Source of the DNA: Patescibacteria group bacterium
GTDB taxonomy: Bacteria; Patescibacteriota; Microgenomatia; UBA1400; PJMF01
Direction of reading: 5' to 3'
Assembly: GCA_039934415.1 (NCBI GenBank)
Contig: JBDTME010000002.1
Coordinates: 14,351-78,350, forward strand
Length of the DNA: 64,000 nucleotides
Positions 56,612 to 64,000 of this stretch are shown piece by piece. The notes beneath the pieces were generated by a model. That model worked only from the letters and a program-made list of their open reading frames with translations. It was not told where the DNA came from and made no database searches. The translations under genes were made by a program, and so were the position numbers. How positions within the stretch are numbered: the first letter of the stretch is position 1; each line of letters starts with the position of its first letter.

Positions 56612-58261
56612 ATGCTTACTTTATCCAGTCTCTGGCGGTCGAAGCGTTCAGTGATGGCAGTGCTTGCCATCGTAGTTGTGGCTGTAGCAGCTGTAGGTAT
56701 TTCACTTTTTCAACGTTTTTCGCAAGGAACCCTCGCTCCCAACGCTCCACAGTCTCGACCAGCGGCTTCAGAAGTAAACTCAAATACCTGCACATTAAGT
56801 TTTTCAGTTGAACCACCCGCTGCTCCGTGTATCGCATTGACAAAAGTTGCTAGCCCCATCTGTTTGCCAAATGGTTCACCTGGCGCCCAAATTACTCTCG
56901 GAACGAACGCGACTTGTCCTCCTCAACCAGGAACTCGTAAACCAGTTGATGTCATGATCGTGATGGATAACTCAACTTCTCTATCTGCCGATAAATTTTG
57001 GGGTCCGATTAAAACTGCAACTGCTAATAGTGTGATGAATTTCGATCCAGCTGTAGACAGAGTTGGTTTAGTAACTTTTAATCGCAGTGCGACACTTCGC
57101 TCTGGTTTGACGAATAATCTTAGTTCAGTTCAATCAATTGTTGATAATTTGTCCGTTCCAGCCAGTGGATCAGCGACCAATATCGGTAATGGATTAGAAA
57201 TAGCAAAAAATACACTGGCGAGCACTGCCCGACCAGAAGCAGTCAAAGTAGTTATCTTATTCACAGATGGCCAGGCAAATGCAGATTCCACACTCACGAT
57301 CTGCGATACCTTTGATCTGAACTGGAACTCATGCAAACAGCACGCTCAAACTCAAGCAACGCTTATTAAGAGTGCTGGAAGCACCTTGTATGCTGTTGGA
57401 TTTAATACGGTGAGTGAAACACAGCATCCAGGCTCAACTGCGATGTTGCATGATTTACTTTTACAAATGGCCTCTTCGAGTAACACGTATTACACCTCAA
57501 ACAACTCCACTGAACTCGCTGCTGCATTTGCTCACATTGCAGATACTATTACCGATACTTTGGCAAATAGCGCAGTGATCACAGATATTCTTCCTCCGGG
57601 AATTTCGCTCGTTTCCGGAAGCGCCATCCCTGCTTTTACAACTCAAAGTGGCCAAACGCTCACTTGGAATCTGGGTACAGTTGGAGTTGATCAACAAACC
57701 ACAGTGACATTTCAAGTTGCTTTACCCAACTTCTCAGCCAACCAACTCGTTGACGTCTATCCCGACTCCGAAATCAACTACACTGACCACTTAGGCAATC
57801 CTATTACATTGTCTTTCCCTGAAACTCGAGTTTCACCGAATACTTGTGCGACACCAACTGCTATTCCTTCACCTACTTCTAATCCAACTAACACACCAAC
57901 AAGTAGTCCAACGCCGACTTTCACGGCCACCCCAACTAACACCAGGACGCCTACACCAACTTTTACAGCAACTCCGACGAACACGCCAACAAATACTCCA
58001 ACGCCTACCAATACTGCAACCAATACGCCAACACGCACCCCAACACCGACGGCTACTGCCACAGCGACGAGTACTCCTTCACATACACCTACGCTGACTG
58101 CAACCAATACAGCAACTCAAACACCAACATCGACATTCACGCCTACTCCAACCCCACCAGGACTGCCGAAAGCTGGCACTACAGGACCAACATTCATGAT
58201 TCTAGGAATCGGCGTTGCAGCAATCGCCTTCGGACTGCTGGGAATCTTGTTACTCTTCTAG
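56612..58261 (+). CDS. von Willebrand factor A-domain surface protein with type-A leader and LPKAG-TM C-terminus
   Basis: 549 aa. TM then [28 protein letters not shown]. vWA blocks [12 protein letters not shown] (MIDAS DxSxS), [17 protein letters not shown]-repeat linker. C-terminal [32 protein letters not shown]-stop. Confidence 0.7.
   Translation: MLTLSSLWRSKRSVMAVLAIVVVAVAAVGISLFQRFSQGTLAPNAPQSRPAASEVNSNTCTLSFSVEPPAAPCIALTKVASPICLPNGSPGAQITLGTNATCPPQPGTRKPVDVMIVMDNSTSLSADKFWGPIKTATANSVMNFDPAVDRVGLVTFNRSATLRSGLTNNLSSVQSIVDNLSVPASGSATNIGNGLEIAKNTLASTARPEAVKVVILFTDGQANADSTLTICDTFDLNWNSCKQHAQTQATLIKSAGSTLYAVGFNTVSETQHPGSTAMLHDLLLQMASSSNTYYTSNNSTELAAAFAHIADTITDTLANSAVITDILPPGISLVSGSAIPAFTTQSGQTLTWNLGTVGVDQQTTVTFQVALPNFSANQLVDVYPDSEINYTDHLGNPITLSFPETRVSPNTCATPTAIPSPTSNPTNTPTSSPTPTFTATPTNTRTPTPTFTATPTNTPTNTPTPTNTATNTPTRTPTPTATATATSTPSHTPTLTATNTATQTPTSTFTPTPTPPGLPKAGTTGPTFMILGIGVAAIAFGLLGILLLF
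57850..58160 (+). repeat. imperfect tandem ACN-CCN (Thr-Pro) coding repeat tract
   Basis: Encodes PTNTPT repeats. Reverse strand gives the spurious ORFs 57778-58107 and 57846-58097. Confidence 0.6.
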
Positions 58262-58282
58262 AGTTGCAAATCAGACTTCGTT

Positions 58283-58312
58283 CTTCAGTCTTCACCAACC
58301 TGGCTGTATAAT
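58283..58312 (+). promoter_or_regulatory. putative promoter for tRNA gene
   Basis: TATAAT at about 58307-58312, 15 nt upstream of the tRNA 5' end; the -35 is weak or unclear. Confidence 0.25.
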
Positions 58313-58327
58313 CCACCTATCTTGATA

Positions 58328-58401
58328 GCGCCTGTAGCTCAATCGGTTAGAGCATCAAGCTTATACCTTGAGGGTTCTAGGTTCGAGTCCTAGCAGGCGC
58401 A
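58328..58401 (+). tRNA. tRNA-Ile with anticodon UAU (TAT)
   Basis: 74-nt cloverleaf folded by hand. Acceptor GCGCCTG/CAGGCGC with discriminator A. D-arm GCTC/GAGC. Anticodon stem TCAAG/CTTGA, loop CTTATAC with U33 and A37. T-arm CTAGG-TTCGAGT-CCTAG. No encoded CCA. Confidence 0.85.
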
Positions 58402-58413
58402 CAGGAAAAAATT

Positions 58414-58818
58414 ATGCAACCCGATTTCTTTTTTTGGTTATCAGTAGCCACTTCAACTATTAGCGCCGTTCTCTTGTTTATTTCTATTTGGCAATATTTT
58501 GATGCTCAGAAAGAGCGTGATAAAAATAAAGCCCAGGTTAAAGTATGGATGCAAGACGCAAACGGATTAGCACAAGCTCTTCGACGAATTGTCGTTGATA
58601 ACCTTGAAAAGAGATATAGTTCAACAGATGACGTATGCAATGCTATCTGGGCACTTCATGCAAGCTCATTTTCACTTTATCAATCACTTTATGAAGAAAG
58701 GTGTGTAACTGAAAAAGAATACAAAGAACAACAGAAGCAACTCATGGAAGAATTGAAAAGAACCCAAAAAGTAATTAGTGAGGATCTAAAAACCATAACA
58801 GAGAAATCTACGAAATAG
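58414..58818 (+). CDS. hypothetical membrane-anchored coiled-coil protein
   Basis: 134 aa; N-terminal TM; RBS AGGAAA 8 nt upstream; immediately downstream of the tRNA. Confidence 0.4.
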   Translation: MQPDFFFWLSVATSTISAVLLFISIWQYFDAQKERDKNKAQVKVWMQDANGLAQALRRIVVDNLEKRYSSTDDVCNAIWALHASSFSLYQSLYEERCVTEKEYKEQQKQLMEELKRTQKVISEDLKTITEKSTK

Positions 58819-58831
58819 TCAGAATTTTACT

Positions 58832-61165
58832 TTACAATTTCGCTCGTTTATTCATATCTTCTTCGACAACGGCACGGGGTTTGCCATATTTCAGTCGTGA
58901 CAGTTCTTTGATCATCTCAGCAAGCTTGGGGTTCATCTGAGCTTTTTGAGCATCCATGTCCTTTTTCAGAGACATGCTAAATGGTGGAACGGGTTCATTT
59001 CCGACAATTGTCTTGATATACACGTTATATTTTTCAATATTAGTTAAATCATTTTCGGAAAACACCGGTGCAAATTCGTGCTGCAAGAAATTGGCATCAG
59101 GTACACCGACACGGAAACAAATCATGGTACCAACGTTTCCAAACACAGCATTTTTGACATCTTCTTCGATCTGGGCTACAAATTGATTTGCCACAATTAG
59201 ATTCAATCGATATTTCCGAGCCTCGGACAGAATAACGGCAAAATCTTCAGTCGCATAATTCTGAAACTCATCAACGTATAAATAGAAGTCAGTACGCTGT
59301 TCCATCGGAATATTTGCACGACCCATTGCAGCTGTCAACACTTTCGGCACCAAGATCAAACCCAAGAACTTTGCATCCTCTTCACCCAACTTTCCTTTAG
59401 ACAAGTTCACTAATAAAATTTTCTGCTCATCCATAATTCTGCGAACATTAAACGCACTATCCGATTGACCAATGATATTACGCATCGTTTTATTGGTAAT
59501 AAATCGACCGAACTTTGACACAATATAGTCCAGCACTTCTGACTTATGAAAATCAGACGTTTGAGCAATTTGATCCGTCCAATATCGGCGCACGATTGGA
59601 TCTTTGACATACGGTAGCATCTCTTCTACAAACTTCGCGTCGGTCAGTAAGCGAACCATCTCAATAAACGTTCCACCTGGTTTCGACATGATCGTTAACA
59701 TTGCGTTACGAATGGCGTGTTCGAATCGAGGACCGATGATACCTGTCTTGTGTGGATCGTACAGTTTATACATTAACCCAATCACGGATGACGCCACAAA
59801 ATGCTGCTCTTCTTCTGTAAAGGCCTCCATCATATTCATACCCATCGGTCGATCTGTATCAGACGGATTAAAATAAATCACATCCTCAGCACGCTCTGGT
59901 GGCATCAGCTGCATCACATCTTCCACAAACTCTCCATGCGGATCGATCGCGCAGACCCCTTTTCCATCCACAATGTCCTGCAAAATCATTTCTTTCAGGA
60001 ACTCCGATTTTCCTGTTCCAGTCTTTCCAATGATGTACATGTGACGTCGACGATCATCTAATCCCAAGAAGATTTTCTTATCTTGACCACGATAGGAACT
60101 TTTCCCAAGATACAAACCAGTCTGAGAAATGTTTTCAGGAGCCGGTGCGCTTTTCGCGTTTAACCAAAAAATGTGGTGAGTCTCGACAGTTTTATTAGGA
60201 AAATGAAAAACAGTCGCCAACTCTTCTGAGTTTAAAATAAATGAGCCACGATTAAACATCGGTATATACCGATAAATCATGTCGATCATGAATAATTGTT
60301 TGACCCAAATTCGAGTTTTTTCAAACGCATTAAATGACGAAGTGTATTGGGCGAAAGCACTCACTATATTATTTAAATGCGATTGAGCCGTCCTTTCTTG
60401 GGGAGAGGAGACCACAATTCGCATACTTACACGAAAACCTGGACGACTCACTTTATTATCAATACTTTCTAGTTGTTTTGGATCATTTCTGTATGAAGCT
60501 TTCTCTGGATCCGCTTCTTTCTTTTTGATATTAGAAACATACGAACTCCCACTTTTTTGCCACCCTTCGCCTTCTGGTTGAATCAGAATCTGCAACACAG
60601 CACCTTCACCATCCACCATTTTTGACATTGCAGAAGTGATCAAAGATAAACCATCTGTTGGCAAATCTTTGTAGGTTTTAATAGGAAAATAATTTGGATG
60701 TTTGAGATGAATAGCGCTAAAAGCCACTTTGCCGTGCTCAGAAAAAATATTCACCTCGTCGTGCTCTTCAATTCGTGCGCCAGGATACGCCCCATGAACT
60801 TGCTTCTCCACTAAGTCTCGCAGTGATCGAGGGACATTGATATAAAACTTAATTTCTTCTTTTAAGGCTACAATCTCAAAACCAATATGAGGCTGTGGCT
60901 TTAAGAAAGAGAACCAACCATCCTCACGCAATGAATGCAGTGACGCAAACATTTGCTCAGCTGCATCAATTTTAATTTCATTATCTTTAGGAAGTGCAAC
61001 TAACAGTGTGACAAAATCTAAGGAATATTTTTCTTTATTGCGATATTTAAACCATTGAAAAAACATGTACAAGAACACTGCCAAACCAAGCAACGAGATA
61101 AACAACAACACGAGCATGCTGACGTACACGAGCGACTGGGCGATGAGTTCGTTAAGTTGATTCAT
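58832..61165 (-). CDS. membrane-anchored P-loop NTPase of the TraD/TraG/VirD4 coupling-protein (FtsK-HerA superfamily, DUF87-like) type
   Basis: 777 aa. Two N-terminal TM helices. Walker A IIGKTGTGKS, resembling TraD GxTGxGKS. Walker B LYVDEFQNY followed by LIVANQ. Overall T4CP-like layout. Exact family not resolvable by eye. Confidence 0.5.
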   Translation of the reverse strand: MNQLNELIAQSLVYVSMLVLLFISLLGLAVFLYMFFQWFKYRNKEKYSLDFVTLLVALPKDNEIKIDAAEQMFASLHSLREDGWFSFLKPQPHIGFEIVALKEEIKFYINVPRSLRDLVEKQVHGAYPGARIEEHDEVNIFSEHGKVAFSAIHLKHPNYFPIKTYKDLPTDGLSLITSAMSKMVDGEGAVLQILIQPEGEGWQKSGSSYVSNIKKKEADPEKASYRNDPKQLESIDNKVSRPGFRVSMRIVVSSPQERTAQSHLNNIVSAFAQYTSSFNAFEKTRIWVKQLFMIDMIYRYIPMFNRGSFILNSEELATVFHFPNKTVETHHIFWLNAKSAPAPENISQTGLYLGKSSYRGQDKKIFLGLDDRRRHMYIIGKTGTGKSEFLKEMILQDIVDGKGVCAIDPHGEFVEDVMQLMPPERAEDVIYFNPSDTDRPMGMNMMEAFTEEEQHFVASSVIGLMYKLYDPHKTGIIGPRFEHAIRNAMLTIMSKPGGTFIEMVRLLTDAKFVEEMLPYVKDPIVRRYWTDQIAQTSDFHKSEVLDYIVSKFGRFITNKTMRNIIGQSDSAFNVRRIMDEQKILLVNLSKGKLGEEDAKFLGLILVPKVLTAAMGRANIPMEQRTDFYLYVDEFQNYATEDFAVILSEARKYRLNLIVANQFVAQIEEDVKNAVFGNVGTMICFRVGVPDANFLQHEFAPVFSENDLTNIEKYNVYIKTIVGNEPVPPFSMSLKKDMDAQKAQMNPKLAEMIKELSRLKYGKPRAVVEEDMNKRAKL

Positions 61166-61186
61166 ACAAGAAGACTACAATTTTTC

Positions 61187-61747
61187 TTAAGCAGTCTTTT
61201 CTCTAAAAAGAACGCTACCACCAAATATTTTTTGAATCTTCTCAGTGAACTCTGCCAACCATCTGCGAGCAGTGTCAGGTGATGCTTTTTTACCTTCTTC
61301 AAATTCTTCTTGGGTCATTGGCAGTACGATCACAGGTTGAGCAATGAAACCATTGGCCGGCTGAACTAACTTTTGGTCGGCTATGACAACTTCATGAGGA
61401 AATGACGAAGGCTCCTCGGCCACCTGCTCAATATACTTCTCAACCTCTGGTGAAATTTCAGGCGTTCTTAACGCTTCAACACTTTGCATACCTGCCGGCA
61501 TCTCTCCAGAAACTTCAATATTCAGCGGTGCATTTTCTTTGACTGAAGATGTTGGATGAGCGGGATTGAGTGGGTCAGGTTGCGTAGCAACCTGAGACAT
61601 CATCGCATTCATCGCAGCAAGTGGACGATCATTTTGCAATTGAGCTTGATTGAATACTTCCTGAGAAGGCTGCATCACAGGATCTGGTTGTACTTGATCG
61701 TTCGGTACATTTTGAACTGGAGTATTAGGATCTTGAAAGTCTTGCAT
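61187..61747 (-). CDS. hypothetical Gln/Pro-rich protein co-transcribed with the T4CP-like ATPase
   Basis: 186 aa; low-complexity Q/P-rich N-terminal half; more structured C-terminus; 21 nt upstream of the ATPase gene. Confidence 0.4.
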   Translation of the reverse strand: MQDFQDPNTPVQNVPNDQVQPDPVMQPSQEVFNQAQLQNDRPLAAMNAMMSQVATQPDPLNPAHPTSSVKENAPLNIEVSGEMPAGMQSVEALRTPEISPEVEKYIEQVAEEPSSFPHEVVIADQKLVQPANGFIAQPVIVLPMTQEEFEEGKKASPDTARRWLAEFTEKIQKIFGGSVLFREKTA

Positions 61748-61809
61748 AAGATCCCACTATGATAGCAAATTCAAGAGAGAGACGAAAGGATGACTCACTA
61801 AAAATCACA

Positions 61810-62439
61810 CTACTCTTTGACGCCTAAGTATTTCTCAATGACTGCATGTATGTTTACTGGAACTTGAATTTCAAATTCCGACAGCATTTCAACAACTTTC
61901 ACTAAGGGAAATCCGATAACATTTGTCCAACTCCCCTCCAAGTGATCGAGAAACGGTCGTGCCCCTGACTGCAGACCATATGCGCCGGCTTTCCCCAAGG
62001 ATTCACCAGTTTGTATATATTTTTCAATCTGGACTTCACTTAATTTTTTAAAAGTAACGGCGCTTTCTATTGATTGAGTAAGGGTTTTACCGGAAGAACT
62101 ATCTGTTACGGTCACACCAGAAAAAATGAGATGGGTTCTATCCGACAATTTTCTCAAGATGTTTCTCGCATCATCTAAATCTTTGGGTTTCCCAATTGCT
62201 TCTCCATCACAATCAACCAACGTGTCACCTGAGATAATAACTGCATCAGGAAAATGATCTACGACACTGAACGCTTTCCCAAATGAAAGTGCCTCGACAA
62301 AAGTCGCCGTGGATGGGAAAGAAGATCGAGAAAGTTGAGCCTCTTCAAAATTCGGCGCAATAATCTCAAAGACCAAACCGGTCCATTTCAAGAGTTCTTG
62401 TCTGCGAAAGGAAGTAGAGGCCAAAATTAGTTTTTTCAT
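61810..62439 (-). CDS. maf: Maf-family nucleoside triphosphate pyrophosphatase
   Basis: LILASTSFRRQELL N-terminal motif and GKP...GAYGLQ regions; 209 aa. Confidence 0.85.
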   Translation of the reverse strand: MKKLILASTSFRRQELLKWTGLVFEIIAPNFEEAQLSRSSFPSTATFVEALSFGKAFSVVDHFPDAVIISGDTLVDCDGEAIGKPKDLDDARNILRKLSDRTHLIFSGVTVTDSSSGKTLTQSIESAVTFKKLSEVQIEKYIQTGESLGKAGAYGLQSGARPFLDHLEGSWTNVIGFPLVKVVEMLSEFEIQVPVNIHAVIEKYLGVKE

Positions 62440-62903
62440 TGGTCGCTCAATGTTACCTTGTCACCTACTTTTAAGTTTTCCTTTTGAGCAAAGCCTGCGT
62501 TTACCTCAAGCATCATATCCACTTGTTGAGCTGGCTTATAAATTGGTAACTGTACTGCTTTATCCTGCGGCCGTGGCACATTTGGCATAATCTCAACAAT
62601 TTCACCTTTACGTATCCAAATAAAGTCCAAATCAAATAACATATCTTTCATCCAAAACTTGGGAGTACCGGGAGAATTAAAAACAAACAACATTCCGTCA
62701 CTTCCAATTGCTGTTCGGTCACTCAAGCCTTGCTCTTGTTCTTGAGCAATCCGCGCCAGTTCAATCGGATAGATCTTTTCGTTAATCAATAATTTTGCGG
62801 ACCGATCAGATGAAAAAGAACTAAACTGTTTCTTGCAGCCACTCAAGATAGCACCAATAATGAATATCACTCCCAAAACAATAAGCGTGGTGCTGAATCT
62901 CAT
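62436..62903 (-). CDS. DUF192 domain protein (COG1430)
   Basis: N-terminal lipoprotein-like signal (ILSGC); GLSDR...GMLFVF...MKDMLFDLDFIWI matches the DUF192 core. Confidence 0.6.
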   Translation of the reverse strand: MRFSTTLIVLGVIFIIGAILSGCKKQFSSFSSDRSAKLLINEKIYPIELARIAQEQEQGLSDRTAIGSDGMLFVFNSPGTPKFWMKDMLFDLDFIWIRKGEIVEIMPNVPRPQDKAVQLPIYKPAQQVDMMLEVNAGFAQKENLKVGDKVTLSDQ

Positions 62904-62961
62904 AAGATTTCTAATTATTTTGTAACTTCAAGTTCATTCAGAAAGAATGTGGAACATTTTG

Positions 62962-63741
62962 TTACACATTTTTTTTCTGTTCATTTTTATGTTGCCAATA
63001 AAATAATACTGTACTCACCACAAACACTCCAACCATCATCCACTGTGCAGTCGTGAGTATACTGAGGGGAAATACAGAACCTCGACTGCTTTCGATCCGT
63101 AAAAACTCTAGTAAAAACCGTATGACAGCATAATACATTCCATAAACAGCAAGATACTTTCCGGTTCCGACATCACCCAGTGCTTTTTTTCTATACATCC
63201 ACCAAATCAAAACTCCAAACGACACCATTGCCAAACTCTCGTATAAAAATAACGGATGATACCTTGCATTCAAATCTAGTCCCGGTAATAAATGCTCAGC
63301 CGAAATATGAATTCCCCAAGGCAAACTCGTCGCGACACCATACAACTCTTGATTGAAAAAATTCCCCCATCGCCCAATAGCCTGACCAAACGGTAGACTC
63401 AAAGCACACATGTCTCCAATTAGCCAAATTTTCTCTACTTTTTTTTGAACATATAAAAAACACCACAAGCCAATTACTCCCCCGATCAATGCACCAATGA
63501 TACCGATACCTCCATTCCAAACCGCAATTAAATCCCAAAAAGAAGCCTGAGTGTACAGCTGCCAATCAGTAACCAAATGATAGACCCGAGCACCCACAAT
63601 CCCAGGAATAATCATCCACACTGTCAGTTGATTGATTGGTAAACCTAACTTCTCTTTTTCGGCCACTTTCTCAAACAAAAGTAACGCCGTCGCGATCCCT
63701 AATCCGACAAAAAAACCGTAGAGATGAAATTGAAAGATCAT
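62962..63741 (-). CDS. lgt: prolipoprotein diacylglyceryl transferase
   Basis: Lgt signature GRWGNFFNQELYG; 259 aa; multiple TM helices. Confidence 0.9.
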   Translation of the reverse strand: MIFQFHLYGFFVGLGIATALLLFEKVAEKEKLGLPINQLTVWMIIPGIVGARVYHLVTDWQLYTQASFWDLIAVWNGGIGIIGALIGGVIGLWCFLYVQKKVEKIWLIGDMCALSLPFGQAIGRWGNFFNQELYGVATSLPWGIHISAEHLLPGLDLNARYHPLFLYESLAMVSFGVLIWWMYRKKALGDVGTGKYLAVYGMYYAVIRFLLEFLRIESSRGSVFPLSILTTAQWMMVGVFVVSTVLFYWQHKNEQKKNV

Positions 63742-63932
63742 AAAGCAACGAAAAAGGACACGATGAGAAATAGCACCACAAATGCACTCATCAGTTTCTG
63801 GACATCAGCGTCACTCACTTTTGATGACAACTGCTTAAAATACAACATCCTTACTCCACTCACTTTTTTGTAACTCAATATGAAATGAGCACTATATGAC
63901 AGTCCTAAACCAAGCATCAAGCCCGTCCCCAC
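63738..63932 (-). CDS. small hydrophobic ORF upstream of lgt, hypothetical (could be the 3' end of a longer gene)
   Basis: 64 aa; C-terminal TM; overlaps the lgt start by 4 nt. Confidence 0.2.
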   Translation of the reverse strand: MGTGLMLGLGLSYSAHFILSYKKVSGVRMLYFKQLSSKVSDADVQKLMSAFVVLFLIVSFFVAL

Positions 63933-64000
63933 TACACTGCCGCTCGATGAAATTAAGTAGAGTGCTAAAGGAAAGTATATAAGTAAAAAATAAAACGACG

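Noticed and set aside
57778-58107. Reverse-strand GV-repeat ORF, and the +strand alternate-frame ORF 57846-58097
   Set aside because: Artefacts of the PT-repeat tract inside the vWA surface-protein gene.
55893-58160. Regular short repeats that might be mistaken for a CRISPR array
   Set aside because: Repeat unit is 6-9 nt, imperfect, in-frame and protein-coding (Thr-Pro), with no spacer-repeat periodicity of 25-40 nt and no cas genes nearby.

Overview
The window reads as a low-GC, small-genome bacterium, possibly Patescibacteria/CPR-like or another monoderm; this is inference from AT-richness, gene content and type IV pilus-like genes. It divides into four parts.

1. 0-21 kb, housekeeping. 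A DUF62-like SAM hydrolase, two tandem class A penicillin-binding proteins, cmk, ldh, smpB, a three-gene membrane module (beta-propeller protein, small membrane protein, PH-domain protein), lepA, rpsT, murJ, a pilN/pilO-like pair and two Thr/Pro-rich surface proteins.

2. 21-48.9 kb, a markedly AT-rich glycan island of about 28 kb. It holds an initiating sugar transferase, two Wzy_C/O-antigen-ligase-like membrane proteins (one 972 aa with a C-terminal TPR-like domain), a methyltransferase, a split Alg14/Alg13-like glycosyltransferase, an Arn/PMT-like set (SDR epimerase/dehydratase, DegT aminotransferase, DPM1/ArnC-like GT2, GT-C membrane transferase), a cupin, three paralogous membrane-anchored SGNH/GDSL hydrolases, AsnB-like amidotransferase, GT4/GT2/GT8 transferases, a Wzm/Wzt ABC exporter, and a NodU/CmcH carbamoyltransferase followed by a 47-aa DUF5989-like micro-ORF that is absent from the ORF track.

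3. 48.9-58.3 kb, the most unusual part. Six tandem surface-protein genes sit in three two-gene modules. Their parts are shuffled between paralogs: two conserved N-terminal leader types, Thr/Pro linkers, a duplicated Cys-rich module, DUF11 repeats, a vWA domain, LPKSG/LPKAG-plus-TM C-termini, and an apparently new C-terminal Cys-containing domain of about 90 aa (RYEFR...WEN) shared by three proteins.

4. 58.3-64 kb. A tRNA-Ile with the rare UAU anticodon, then a membrane-anchored TraD/VirD4-like P-loop ATPase with a partner gene, then maf, a DUF192 gene and lgt.

No rRNA, CRISPR array, transposase or integrase was recognised.
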